Below, in pieces: positions 37,441 to 46,948 of a DNA stretch of 62,505 bases. Source of the stretch: Candidatus Tayloriibacteriota bacterium. GTDB lineage: Bacteria; Patescibacteriota; Minisyncoccia; Phycocordibacterales; PALSA-1337. The notes beneath the pieces were generated by a model. It saw nothing but the letters and a program-made list of their open reading frames with translations. It did not search any database and had not been told where the DNA came from. The translations under genes and the position numbers were made by a program. Each line of letters opens with the position of its first letter. The first letter of the stretch is position 1. The stretch spans positions 1-62,505 of the forward strand of contig PLXZ01000005.1 in assembly GCA_003151615.1 (NCBI GenBank), read 5' to 3'.

Positions 37441-39612
37441 TTAAATGTCAATCGTCGCTTTCTTTGCGTTGGACTGGATGAAGGATTTGCGGGCCGGAAC
37501 GTCCGTTCCCATGAGCATATCAAAGACTTTGTCGGCTTCAGAAGCATCGTCAATGTTGACCCGCTTCAATATACGACGTTCAGGATCCATAGTTGTTTCC
37601 CAGAGCTCATCGGCATTCATTTCTCCGAGACCTTTGTAGCGTTGGATTGAGATTTTGGCTTTTTTCTTGCCGTCTTTTCCTGCTGTTTTTCCGTCGCCGT
37701 CTTCCCCGTCTGCTTCATCTGCCGGCGCTCCGGCGGCATCAAGCAATTCCGCGCGGCTCTCCGCATCTTCGGAGTTGTCATTATTAATTTCCTGGACTTC
37801 GTCGATGTCTTTTCCAAGGGCCTTCGTTTTTTCTTCGTCGGAATAGAAGTAGAGAATTTCTTTGCCTTTTTTCACTTTGTAAAGAGGCGGCTGGGCAATG
37901 TAAACATAACCACCATCCAAAAGTGGTCGGAAATATCGATAGAGGAGCGTCAAAATGAGGGTTCGAATGTGAGCACCGTCCACGTCAGCATCGGTTGCCA
38001 GAATAATTTTGTGATAGCGGAGTTTGCTGATATCAAATGTGTCGCCGATTGCAGTTCCAAATGCGAGCACGAGATTTTTAATCTGCTCCGAGCCGAGCAT
38101 ACGGTCCAAACGCGCGCGTTCGATGTTCAAAATTTTTCCGCGCAACGGCAAGATAGCCTGAGTTCGGCGGTCACGGCCGGTTTTGGCGGTGCCGCCCGCA
38201 GAATCTCCCTCCACAATGAAGAGTTCGGACTCTGATGCCTCGCGTGTCTGGCAGTCGGCCAATTTTCCGGGCAATGTCATGCCTTCGAGAGCGCCTTTTC
38301 GCAAAACCGAATCCTTTGCGGCCTTCGCGGCCTTGCGGGCCTTCATGGCCAAAATGACTTTTCCGATAATTGCCCGGGCGTCTTCCGGATTTTCTTCGAG
38401 AAAATTGCTAAACGCATCGCCAAAAACAGTTGCGACTGCCGATTGCGCTTCAACTGAACCCAATTTCGCCTTCGTCTGCCCTTCAAACTGGATTTCGCGC
38501 AGCTTTACGGAAACGACCGCGGTGAGACCTTCCAAAACGTCATCGCCGGTGAAATTGTCTTCGCCGTCTTTTGCCAAATTGTTCTTCTTTGAATATGAAT
38601 TAAGCGTTCGAGTAAGTGCCGTTTTAAAACCGGTAATATGCGTACCGCCTTCAGGATTGTAAATATTGTTCGCGAAACCGAGAACGCGCGCGGAAATGTC
38701 GTCGGCATATTGGAGGGCGACTTCGACTGATTCGACGCCTTCGACTTTCTTTTCCACATAGAAAATGTTTTTGTGAATCGGCTTGAGAATCTGATTGTTG
38801 AATTTGACGAGAGACGCCAAACCGCCTTCGAAATAAAAGGTGTGCGAAGGAACCTGCAAATACAAATCGCGAAGATAGGTGATGTCCGTGTCAAGATCAA
38901 CAGGTTTGCGATTGCCGCTTGCATCCGCCGCGCCCGCTTTTGCGAAAACGCCGTTGGTCGCCTCGCGCGCGTCAATGACGGAAATGCGGAGACCGCGCAC
39001 CAAGTATGCCTGCTGGCGCATGTGCGAAACGACGCGGTTGAAGTCGAAGACGATTCCCTCCTTGAAAATGATCGGGTCGGGCTGGAATGTGACGATGGTA
39101 CCGTGCTCTTTTGTCGAGCCAATTTTCTTGACCTGGGCTTTTCGTTTGCCCTGCTCGTATTCCTGCATGTAAAGACCGCCGTCCTTGTGCACAATCACCT
39201 GCGTATAGACCGAAAGAGCGTTGACGACCGATGCGCCCACGCCGTGCAGACCGCCGGAAACTTTGTAGCCGCTGTCCTCACCGCCGAATTTTCCTCCGGC
39301 ATGGAGAACAGTCATGACCATTTCGAGAGCAGAGACTTTTGACTTTTTATGAATGTCAACCGGAATACCGCGGCCGTTGTCCACCACGCGAACGCGATTG
39401 CCGGGAAGAAGCGCGACTTCAATGTCATTGGCAAAACCGCCCATGGCTTCGTCGCGGGAGTTGTCGAAAATTTCCCAGATCAGATGATGTAGACCGTCGG
39501 GACCCGTCGTACCGATGTACATTCCGGGGCGCTTTCGGACAGGTTCAAGACCCTCCAATACCTGAATGGAATCGGCTCCGTAACTGTCTTTTTTCTCCTT
39601 TTTATCAGCCAT
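37441..39612 (-). CDS. gyrB: DNA gyrase subunit B
   Basis: YGADSIQVLEGLEPVRKRPGMYIG, GGLHGVGASVVNALS, LFIVEGDSAGG and LATDADVDGAHI. An acidic insertion (EDAESRAELLDAAGAPADEADGEDGDG) precedes QRYKGLGEM. Confidence 0.95.
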   Translation of the reverse strand: MADKKEKKDSYGADSIQVLEGLEPVRKRPGMYIGTTGPDGLHHLIWEIFDNSRDEAMGGFANDIEVALLPGNRVRVVDNGRGIPVDIHKKSKVSALEMVMTVLHAGGKFGGEDSGYKVSGGLHGVGASVVNALSVYTQVIVHKDGGLYMQEYEQGKRKAQVKKIGSTKEHGTIVTFQPDPIIFKEGIVFDFNRVVSHMRQQAYLVRGLRISVIDAREATNGVFAKAGAADASGNRKPVDLDTDITYLRDLYLQVPSHTFYFEGGLASLVKFNNQILKPIHKNIFYVEKKVEGVESVEVALQYADDISARVLGFANNIYNPEGGTHITGFKTALTRTLNSYSKKNNLAKDGEDNFTGDDVLEGLTAVVSVKLREIQFEGQTKAKLGSVEAQSAVATVFGDAFSNFLEENPEDARAIIGKVILAMKARKAAKAAKDSVLRKGALEGMTLPGKLADCQTREASESELFIVEGDSAGGTAKTGRDRRTQAILPLRGKILNIERARLDRMLGSEQIKNLVLAFGTAIGDTFDISKLRYHKIILATDADVDGAHIRTLILTLLYRYFRPLLDGGYVYIAQPPLYKVKKGKEILYFYSDEEKTKALGKDIDEVQEINNDNSEDAESRAELLDAAGAPADEADGEDGDGKTAGKDGKKKAKISIQRYKGLGEMNADELWETTMDPERRILKRVNIDDASEADKVFDMLMGTDVPARKSFIQSNAKKATIDI

Positions 39613-39624
39613 ATTATTGGATAT

Positions 39625-39633
39625 ATTATAGCA
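39625..39633 (-). promoter_or_regulatory. extended -10 promoter of gyrB (very short leader)
   Basis: Minus strand: TGCTATAAT, then 12 nt, then ATG 39612. Confidence 0.5.
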
Positions 39634-39679
39634 TTTTCCGTCAATTCAAACACTATTGACTAACCATCAATCCGTTGTT

Positions 39680-41017
39680 TTATCTTACTTCCCAGCCTTT
39701 TGTTTTGACTGCTTCATAGACCTTTTCCATGATCGCATTTGTTTCGACATCAGTGAGAGTTCGGTCAAAAGATTGGAACGTAATGCCGAAAGCAAAAGAG
39801 GTTTTTCCGTCTTTTGAAAATGTGTCGAAAGCGCGGTCGCCGATTACTTTCGCGGTTAACTCGCCCGCATTTTTTTGCAAAGAATCCGCGATAATTTCCT
39901 TGACTGTGTTTTCGGCAATTCCCTCCGGAACCCACACCGCGATGTCGCGACGAATGAACGGCTGAAGAGAGAATTTTTTGTATTCGACCGAGACTGCTTT
40001 TCCAAGATTGAGATCATCGTATGATTTTGGGTCGGGCAATGTTGAAATATATTGACCAAGATTGGTTTCGTACACGTCTGCATCGACTTTGTTTGAATAT
40101 ATGAGTCCGATAAACGGCATAAGCTGACCAAGTACGGAACTGATCTCATCGACGGCTTTTTTCAGTTTTTCAAGCGATTTTTCATCTTTTTTCTTGGTGT
40201 TTTTTACCCCGATGGCAAGCGAGATCTTCTCGCCGCTCGCCGGAAAAATCTTACCGATTTCAAACGCCCGTATGTCGTCGAGTGCCAGCAAATCCGCGTT
40301 TTTCGCATTCATGTCGATGGACTTTGCCATGCCCTCCGCCAAATTCGTGCGCAAATAATTTTTGTCGGTCGCGACGGATTTCTCGATTTCATAATCCCCT
40401 TTTGGCGTGAGGCTGTAGCCGTATATTTCGGAGAAACCTTCAGCAACAAGAATATTGCGGATTTTTTCGGAATAATAAAAAGTTTTTTCGATCACGGGCT
40501 TGAAGTCCTTATTCTTCGGCAAAACCGGCGCAATTTTGTCGTAACCGTAAATGCGGGCGACTTCTTCGGGAATGTCACGCCATGTCTGCAAATCGGCGCG
40601 GTCGGACGGAATGGAAAGAACGAACCCGGCATCTTTTTCCTCGACGCCGATATCCATGCTTTCGAGAATTGCCTTCATTTCAGCGACGGAAATATCCGAA
40701 CCAAGCGCTTCATTTATATCGGCGACTTTGACCGTAATTTTTTCGGCACGATGCGCGGGAACAACGGCCATTCCCGGTTTTCGCTTCAAATTGCAAATCG
40801 CGGAAACCTCCCGGGCAATGCCGTCGATAGATTTGGCGTAACCGGCACGGTCAGGCAAAACCTTTATATCGAGAATCGTGTCGGCATCGGCGCCGTCACC
40901 GACTTTTTCCATACCTTCAATTTCAAACGCATGAAAAGTAACCGCTTCGGCCAATTTTTCAGGCGAAGGCAGTTTGTCGGCAAAATAGCTCTGCAGTTGG
41001 TTATAGGAAACTTTCAT
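39680..41017 (-). CDS. pheT: phenylalanine--tRNA ligase beta subunit, short form (445 aa)
   Basis: The N-terminus MKVSYNQLQSYF..AEAVTFHAFEIEG resembles the B1/B3-4 region. The C-terminal FDX-ACB-like end is AFGITFQSFDRTLTDVE. It is adjacent to pheS. Confidence 0.8.
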   Translation of the reverse strand: MKVSYNQLQSYFADKLPSPEKLAEAVTFHAFEIEGMEKVGDGADADTILDIKVLPDRAGYAKSIDGIAREVSAICNLKRKPGMAVVPAHRAEKITVKVADINEALGSDISVAEMKAILESMDIGVEEKDAGFVLSIPSDRADLQTWRDIPEEVARIYGYDKIAPVLPKNKDFKPVIEKTFYYSEKIRNILVAEGFSEIYGYSLTPKGDYEIEKSVATDKNYLRTNLAEGMAKSIDMNAKNADLLALDDIRAFEIGKIFPASGEKISLAIGVKNTKKKDEKSLEKLKKAVDEISSVLGQLMPFIGLIYSNKVDADVYETNLGQYISTLPDPKSYDDLNLGKAVSVEYKKFSLQPFIRRDIAVWVPEGIAENTVKEIIADSLQKNAGELTAKVIGDRAFDTFSKDGKTSFAFGITFQSFDRTLTDVETNAIMEKVYEAVKTKGWEVR

Positions 41018-41046
41018 GGCTTTCGCGGCTTTATGTGGCCTCTATA

Positions 41047-41268
41047 TTAGCACGGAATAAATCGCGGCACTTTCTTGCCGTCAATCTCAACTTCTTCAAA
41101 CCACATTCGCGCAGGCCGGACCCAGAATTTTGAGGGTGCTGACAAATCCTCGGCGACCGCTTCGTAAACAACCATATCTTCCAGAGTTTCGCTGTGCTTC
41201 GCGACAAAATGAACCCGGTACAAAGTACCCTTTTTCGAGTGTTTGTAGATACCGGGTTTGATTTCCAT
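41047..41268 (-). CDS. DUF1653-like small protein
   Basis: GIYKHSKKGTLYRVHFVAKHSETLEDMVVYEA..WVRPARMW pattern. Confidence 0.6.
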   Translation of the reverse strand: MEIKPGIYKHSKKGTLYRVHFVAKHSETLEDMVVYEAVAEDLSAPSKFWVRPARMWFEEVEIDGKKVPRFIPC

Positions 41269-41287
41269 TTTTTTGCGGAATTATTTT

Positions 41288-42010
41288 TTAAAACTGATTG
41301 ACGAACCGCAAATCTCCCGAATAAATCTGCCGGATGTCGTCGACGCCGTATTTGATCATGAGAAGCCGGTCGATGCCGCCGCCAAAGGCAAATCCGGACC
41401 ATTCTTCGGGATCAAGACCGGCCATTTTCAAAACATTTGCGTGAACAAGACCCGCACCCATGACTTCAAGCCACCGGCCCTTGAAAAAAATGTCCGCCTC
41501 CACGCCCGGTTCGACGAACGGAAAATAGCTCGGACGAAAACGCAATTTGACGTCGTCGCCGAATAATTTCTTGAAGAAATACTCCATCGTCCCCTTCAAT
41601 TCCGCCATCGAAACTTTTTTATCGATATACAATCCTTCCAATTGATAAAACTGCGCCTCGTGCGTGGCGTCGGTCGCTTCGTTTCGATAGACTTTTCCGG
41701 GCACGATGATTTTGAACGGCGGCTTGTGCGACTGCATATAGCGAATCTGCACTGGAGAGGTGTGCGTGCGCAAGACAAGTTTTTCCGCGGCCTTGCCCTC
41801 TTGCTTTTTCGCCGGCTTTATCCAAAACGTGTCCTGCATTCCCCGCGCCGGATGTCCGGCAGGAATGTTTAAAGCGTCGAAGTTATAAAACTCCGTCTCT
41901 AATTCGGGGCCAAGAGCAACCTCAAAGCCTATATCCGCGAAGATCGTCTCGATCTCGCGGATAATTTGGCTCATGGGGTGAAGGTGGCCCTTCGGCGTGC
42001 TTTTTGACAT
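41288..42010 (-). CDS. pheS: phenylalanine--tRNA ligase alpha subunit, catalytic core only (240 aa)
   Basis: GHLHPMSQIIREIE, FDALNIPAGHPARGMQDTF, LRTHTSPVQIR, FRPSYFPFVEPG and GAGLVHANVL. Confidence 0.9.
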   Translation of the reverse strand: MSKSTPKGHLHPMSQIIREIETIFADIGFEVALGPELETEFYNFDALNIPAGHPARGMQDTFWIKPAKKQEGKAAEKLVLRTHTSPVQIRYMQSHKPPFKIIVPGKVYRNEATDATHEAQFYQLEGLYIDKKVSMAELKGTMEYFFKKLFGDDVKLRFRPSYFPFVEPGVEADIFFKGRWLEVMGAGLVHANVLKMAGLDPEEWSGFAFGGGIDRLLMIKYGVDDIRQIYSGDLRFVNQF

Positions 42011-42048
42011 GTCATAACTATATCAAAAACAGCCTGGAAAACCTACTT

Positions 42049-42171
42049 TTAGACTTCAGAACCCTCTTTTTTACCGACCTCGCAACCGCATGAACAAGTA
42101 CCGTCCGGTTTTGTGTGAGCATGACCGCACACCTCGCACTTTTTGCCTTCAGCCTCATTTTTCATTTTCAT
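42049..42171 (-). CDS. possible 40-aa Cys/His-rich small protein
   Basis: My translation: MKMKNEAEGKKCEVCGHAHTKPDGTCSCGCEVGKKEGSEV. It is below the ORF-track size cut-off, I see no clear SD, and it lies just upstream of pheS. Confidence 0.25.
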   Translation of the reverse strand: MKMKNEAEGKKCEVCGHAHTKPDGTCSCGCEVGKKEGSEV

Positions 42172-42307
42172 GGTTGTTTATTATTTTAAATTAGGACACC
42201 TGATAAGCGACCACCTATTAATACGTCTGCCGGACAAAAATATTTCACAAAAATAGCCTCAAAAAGGCATTGAGAAACAACTTCCAAATTATGGCAAGCT
42301 TGGCAAC

Positions 42308-42865
42308 TTAACCGAGATATCTTTCCAAAGCTTCCGCACGCTGGGTTATATATTCTGATTTTTCATGGGCGAAACCTTTCAATTTCTGAAAAAGCTCTTC
42401 CATGGCGAAATTTGAACTCTCAGCGATTTGCTTTGATACAGCTTCAAGTTCACCGGCCTGGTCGAATACATCCCTTAATTTCCATGCCAGACTTTTAAGA
42501 CTTTCAGGGTCGTCATTGGTACCCTTCTGGCCCGGTTGGACGCCAATGGAATCGATGCACGCGCACAAATTCGTGATTGCTTGATTCGTCTGTTCAAGGT
42601 CATGGTCGGAATACACGTCGACATTTTTTAGAGCCGAGAAAATCGCGGACATGGCATCAAGATCCGAAGCGTCGATAAATTCGGTAAAGCCCTGATCGGC
42701 GCGGTTTCTGAGTTCTTGAAGCAAGGGTCCGACCACTTCCGTTAGTTTCTCAACTTCGCCTTTAAATTTAAGCATCTCGGGAGAATGCTCGGGTTTTGCC
42801 TCCGGATTTTGTCCTGCTTCAAGCTGTTCGTCCGGATTTGTTTGTGGAAAGCCTTCGAATGACAT
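42308..42865 (-). CDS. hypothetical acidic helical protein
   Basis: 185-aa ORF with its own TACAAT box 6 nt upstream of the ATG. A terminator lies upstream at 42897-42927. No domain recognised. Confidence 0.45.
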   Translation of the reverse strand: MSFEGFPQTNPDEQLEAGQNPEAKPEHSPEMLKFKGEVEKLTEVVGPLLQELRNRADQGFTEFIDASDLDAMSAIFSALKNVDVYSDHDLEQTNQAITNLCACIDSIGVQPGQKGTNDDPESLKSLAWKLRDVFDQAGELEAVSKQIAESSNFAMEELFQKLKGFAHEKSEYITQRAEALERYLG

Positions 42866-42896
42866 GGGGGTATTGTAACATTAAATAGCGCGTGAA

Positions 42897-42927
42897 ATAA
42901 AAAAGCGGAACCCGTGAGGATTCCGCT
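42897..42927 (-). terminator. intrinsic terminator after the vWA gene
   Basis: Minus strand: AGCGGAA-TCCTCACGGG-TTCCGCT followed by TTTTTTAT. Confidence 0.65.
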
Positions 42928-42978
42928 TGTGTGATTCGACATGCGAATCGAAGAACTGTGTGAACTATTTTTCGTTGC

Positions 42979-43776
42979 TTACGGTGTCGCGAAACCGCCG
43001 GCCGCTTGTTTCGAGAAACTTGCGGCGTTTTGGCTGGCGCGGACTGCCGATTTTGAGGCAATCGCGAATGCCTTGCGGATTTCGCTGGGGCTGTTGCCGG
43101 GCGTCAGGATCCATTCCTTCGGAATGCCCATTTCGGTGAACACTCTTTCGAAGTCGGTGCTGCCGTCGTCAATACCCATACCGCAGATGATGTGATTTTC
43201 CCGCTTCAGAAGGTCTTTGACGACCTTGGCCACTTGCGCGGGAGTTACTTGTGAACCTGAATCCGCTCCGTCGGTTGCGATGATCGTGACCGTCCGGACC
43301 GGGATGCCTGCATTCTCGAAGTCGGTGGCTTTTGCGATCAACGTGGCGAGAATCACCATCGTCTGATCATACAAAGGCGTGCCGCCATTCGGATTGTAAT
43401 TGCTGACGTTCATTTCGACGGCATTGTCGAGCGTGACGAACGGATACAGAATTGTGCCATTCAAGTATTTGCAATGGATTTGAACCCCGTCACCCTGCTT
43501 CGAAGCCTTCAATGCATCGAGAACTGTGTTGTGTCCCGAACGCACCGCCTCGGTGTTACCCGAAACGCAGCGGATGGAACCCGAGTCGTCAATAAGAAGT
43601 TGCACGAGGACAACCTCGGCCGATTGGGTTTCAATCGCCGGTGCGCCGAGCGCTGCCGTGATTTGTTGGCCGACGTCAATGACTTGCAGTGCGCCGAAGC
43701 CGCCTTGGGACAAGAGTCCCGAATCAAGGGCTTCTTCGACGAGCTGTGCCGATTTACTTTTTGAGTTTGTGCTCAT
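42979..43776 (-). CDS. von Willebrand factor A domain protein (TerY-like)
   Basis: MIDAS motif LLIDDSGS, plus GGTPLYDQ and IIATDGADSGS. I placed the start at ATG 43776. The alternative ATG 43884 would translate through a GC hairpin. Confidence 0.8.
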   Translation of the reverse strand: MSTNSKSKSAQLVEEALDSGLLSQGGFGALQVIDVGQQITAALGAPAIETQSAEVVLVQLLIDDSGSIRCVSGNTEAVRSGHNTVLDALKASKQGDGVQIHCKYLNGTILYPFVTLDNAVEMNVSNYNPNGGTPLYDQTMVILATLIAKATDFENAGIPVRTVTIIATDGADSGSQVTPAQVAKVVKDLLKRENHIICGMGIDDGSTDFERVFTEMGIPKEWILTPGNSPSEIRKAFAIASKSAVRASQNAASFSKQAAGGFATP

Positions 43777-43801
43777 ACTACAATTGTTCTTTCTGGGATG
43801 T

Positions 43802-43835
43802 GGCGGGCGCCGAGAATACGGCGCCCGCCCTTTTT
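43802..43835 (+). terminator. GC-rich hairpin plus T-run oriented for the plus strand, inside a minus-strand gene cluster
   Basis: GGCGGGCGCCG-AGAATA-CGGCGCCCGCC then CTTTTT on the plus strand. On the minus strand the stem is followed by ACATCCC. Confidence 0.5.
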
Positions 43836-43865
43836 CGTTTGTTATTGTGAATCGCTTCCAATCAA

Positions 43866-45050
43866 TTAGAGGAAGTCGGGCCATGCGTCAACGGGATCCG
43901 TTGATTTCACGATGTGCATGCCTTCTTGTGCGAACCGCGCGAATGCCTTGTCGGCATCGTCGGTGTAATCAACGAAGAATCCGCCTTGTCCGTTGGAAAC
44001 TGCGACCGGTGAGGTGCAGTCGTCGAGCAGATAGACTTTCTTCGCCAGTTCGGGATCCTGCACTTTGATTTCATTCAGGAGGTCCTGAATTGTCCATGCC
44101 ACGCAGTGACTTTTCGCCTGACCGGCGATGATCACCCGGTCAGAAGTGAGGAGTGTGCGGATGAGCCGCGCATTCTTTTGAGCCCCGATCGAGCCATTCC
44201 GACTGTCGGTCATGACTTCAGGTTGAAGGATGGAATAATTTTCAGTCAAGGGATTTCCGCCCTTGATTTGAAAATCGGTCTGACTCGCCCGCACCCGGTT
44301 ATGGAAGAAGCAAGCTTCCTCGATAGCCGATACGAGCGCCTGACCGATACCTCCCAACATGGCGTGATACGGCCAGATGGTGAGACCGAATTTACCCTGG
44401 GTCTTTTCCAGCGTCTCGCAGTAATGCAGGACGAACTCCTTCAGGCCATTGTATTGCCTGGCGACCGCCGCCGGACTCTTGTCCAGTGACAGTGACCATG
44501 CGATTTCAGGATTCACCTGCCATTCACCACTGCGAAGTGTCGTAGAACTGACTGGCGGATTTGTAACGATCGGCGCCGGATGTTCACCTTTTGCATTCAC
44601 GAAGAAGCATTGGTGAAAAATCTGCGTCGCCGTGTGCGTGTCCATCGTCGGCGCAATCGTGGTGATGAGACCGAGATTGCGATAGATGAACTCGGCCAGA
44701 CGACGATTGTCGTCCACCGCGCCCGTGCCGCTGCGTCCCGCGACGAACAATTCGAAGCCAGGGATGCAGAACGTGTTTTGCGCGTCAACGATCAGCAAGG
44801 AAACGTTCTTCGCGTCCTTCGACGCGAGAGGTATCCCGTGCTGCTTGCGCCATTGAAGTGCGGCCGGTTCGAGACCGGCATAATCAACCCGGCGCACTGT
44901 CCCGACTGTTTTCGGGTCAAAGTGCGGCGGGATAGGTAATGATGTAACAGTATTCGATTTCATAATTAACACTTTCCGTTTTTTGGTTCTTGTTTTTGTT
45001 TTATGCAGCTTCCTGCGTTTTGTTTTACCGCCATTTAATTTCTTCTTCAT
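43866..45050 (-). CDS. nicotinamidase / isochorismatase-family cysteine hydrolase (PncA-like, enlarged)
   Basis: LLIVDAQNTFC (Asp), TMDTHTATQIFH (metal D-x-H..H), IWPYHA, IKGGNPLTENYS (Lys) and IIAGQAKSHCVAWT (Cys). ATG 45050 is 6 nt after the kinase stop and adds a polybasic 29 aa. The alternative start is ATG 44963. Confidence 0.75.
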   Translation of the reverse strand: MKKKLNGGKTKRRKLHKTKTRTKKRKVLIMKSNTVTSLPIPPHFDPKTVGTVRRVDYAGLEPAALQWRKQHGIPLASKDAKNVSLLIVDAQNTFCIPGFELFVAGRSGTGAVDDNRRLAEFIYRNLGLITTIAPTMDTHTATQIFHQCFFVNAKGEHPAPIVTNPPVSSTTLRSGEWQVNPEIAWSLSLDKSPAAVARQYNGLKEFVLHYCETLEKTQGKFGLTIWPYHAMLGGIGQALVSAIEEACFFHNRVRASQTDFQIKGGNPLTENYSILQPEVMTDSRNGSIGAQKNARLIRTLLTSDRVIIAGQAKSHCVAWTIQDLLNEIKVQDPELAKKVYLLDDCTSPVAVSNGQGGFFVDYTDDADKAFARFAQEGMHIVKSTDPVDAWPDFL

Positions 45051-45056
45051 ACGTCA

Positions 45057-46946
45057 CTAACTGATCTTGAGCAGCGTAATCTCCCTGCCAGTGATGGCAT
45101 ACAGACCTTCATTGCCCACAACGAGCGACATGTCGGACGAAACAAATGGTTCCGTATCAGGGAACTTCTTCGATTCGGCGATAGTGCCGTTCTCATTTTT
45201 TATCTGGACAATTCCTTCGTCAGTCGCGCAGAGGAGCATATTGCCCACCGCGCACTTGCCGCGAATCGTCCCGAGCCAGCTGCCGTCATCCGCTTCCGCC
45301 TGGGCATGTCCTTCGACAAGACCATTGGGGCGGATAACGATGCATTGGTTGACCCGGCGACCATTTTCCTGCGAACTCCAGAGAAACCATGCCCGATCCT
45401 TCGAAAAGTAGCATGAGGAGTCGATGAACTGTCCGCGCATTGCCGGCAACTTGACGCTGTCGTTCAATCCGCGTTTGCTCGGGTCGAAAACAAATCCGAC
45501 CCGCAGCCGCCCGGCCCAGTAAAAACCGAAGCCGAACGTTGATCCTGTCCAGAACAAGGTCTGTCCCGGAAATACGTCGCCGATGTATTCATGGGCAAAC
45601 TGCGCCTCATGATTGAGTTGGCCACCCTGCGCGAAGCAGAATGTCCTCTCGTTCGCATCGAAGAGCGGAATGGAACCATTCGCATCAACCGTCAGACGCT
45701 CCTTCTCGGATGCGCCATCAAAGACGATGCACGTGTTGCCCTTGCCGATGAGGGTCCTTGTGCCCGAGATGCGAAAACGCATCGTCGGTTCGAGCACTCC
45801 CCGCAGAACGACTGTGCCGTCTTCGCGGCGGAATTCATTTCCCTCGTAAGCGAGATACCTGAGCTTTCCGCCCTGGTAGGCCGCCGCGAGGATGATGCCG
45901 CGATTCGGATATATGATGGTCGCCTTCACGGTGCCTTTTACGGTAATGGTTTCTTTCTTGATTCCGACGGCGCCAGGGGCGCATACGGGACAAGCAAAGC
46001 GTGCATACTCGAGCGAACACGTCGGACAGACTTTCCATTCCATGTTTTCGAGAATCGGCTCGGGAAAAATCCCGCGCCGATCCTTTTCAAACACTTCATG
46101 AAACGTCTGCAACAAGTCGTCGGGAAGCACGTTCCAATGCACGGCCGGCTTCGGATAACGGACTTCTGGATTGAAGACCGTGATCCTCTGCATCGGACGG
46201 GCATCATGATTAATCCGCTGTCTGGCAGCTTTCGGCTGATAGACGCCGCCATACGGGCCGACGAATAACAATGACTGCATGAGCAGAGCCGCGAACGAAT
46301 ACCAATCCGAGTTTTGGTTGTAAGGTTTCGACAGAAGCGGCGTGTCTTTTTTCGGATCGCACAAGGTCGGGTCCACAAATTTCTGCGTGAATACCCGGCA
46401 ATAGAACGAGCCGAATTGAAACGAGTCGGTATCAATGATGTATACCTCGCCGCCTTTGACCAATCCGTTGAGGTCGTTGAAGTCTCCGATGACGATGCCA
46501 GCCTTATGCAGACCGGTTACGCTGTTCCGAAGATCCTTGAACGCCCCAACTACAGTCCGGTTTGTAATGCCCTTCAAACGCGAGTCGCGTTGACTCAGCT
46601 TGATGAGCAATTCCGCACCGGTCACGAACTTCATGGTATACCCGCAGATCGAGCCCGCCCCCGGACCGGACGCAAGCGTCGCGAGTTCGAGAGGAGCGAT
46701 GACCTTTGCGGGAATACCCTTGGGAAACATCGGGAGTTTGCGCTGATGTTCAATCAGGCGATCCCGCGCCCCTTTCTGTTCATGTTTTTGTTCGGGCGTG
46801 TCGCCGGCATAGTCGGGATGGTCTGGGGTCTTGAAAAGTTTCAAGACCTTGTCCGAACCAACTTCGAAAATGTCGGCTTCTCCGCCCTTGCCAACCGGTT
46901 TCAGCGATCCTACTCGGATGCGCTTTCCGCCAATCAGTATGTCCAT
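45057..46946 (-). CDS. YegI-like Ser/Thr protein kinase with a zinc ribbon and a beta-rich C-terminal region
   Basis: GKGGEADIFEV..VLKLFK (P-loop and Lys), GIVIGDFNDLNGLV (catalytic loop), IIDTDSF (DFG-like) and CPTCSLEYARFACPVC. ATG 46946 lies 2 nt after the PP2C stop. The track start at 46952 is a TTG. Confidence 0.75.
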   Translation of the reverse strand: MDILIGGKRIRVGSLKPVGKGGEADIFEVGSDKVLKLFKTPDHPDYAGDTPEQKHEQKGARDRLIEHQRKLPMFPKGIPAKVIAPLELATLASGPGAGSICGYTMKFVTGAELLIKLSQRDSRLKGITNRTVVGAFKDLRNSVTGLHKAGIVIGDFNDLNGLVKGGEVYIIDTDSFQFGSFYCRVFTQKFVDPTLCDPKKDTPLLSKPYNQNSDWYSFAALLMQSLLFVGPYGGVYQPKAARQRINHDARPMQRITVFNPEVRYPKPAVHWNVLPDDLLQTFHEVFEKDRRGIFPEPILENMEWKVCPTCSLEYARFACPVCAPGAVGIKKETITVKGTVKATIIYPNRGIILAAAYQGGKLRYLAYEGNEFRREDGTVVLRGVLEPTMRFRISGTRTLIGKGNTCIVFDGASEKERLTVDANGSIPLFDANERTFCFAQGGQLNHEAQFAHEYIGDVFPGQTLFWTGSTFGFGFYWAGRLRVGFVFDPSKRGLNDSVKLPAMRGQFIDSSCYFSKDRAWFLWSSQENGRRVNQCIVIRPNGLVEGHAQAEADDGSWLGTIRGKCAVGNMLLCATDEGIVQIKNENGTIAESKKFPDTEPFVSSDMSLVVGNEGLYAITGREITLLKIS

Positions 46947-46948
46947 AA

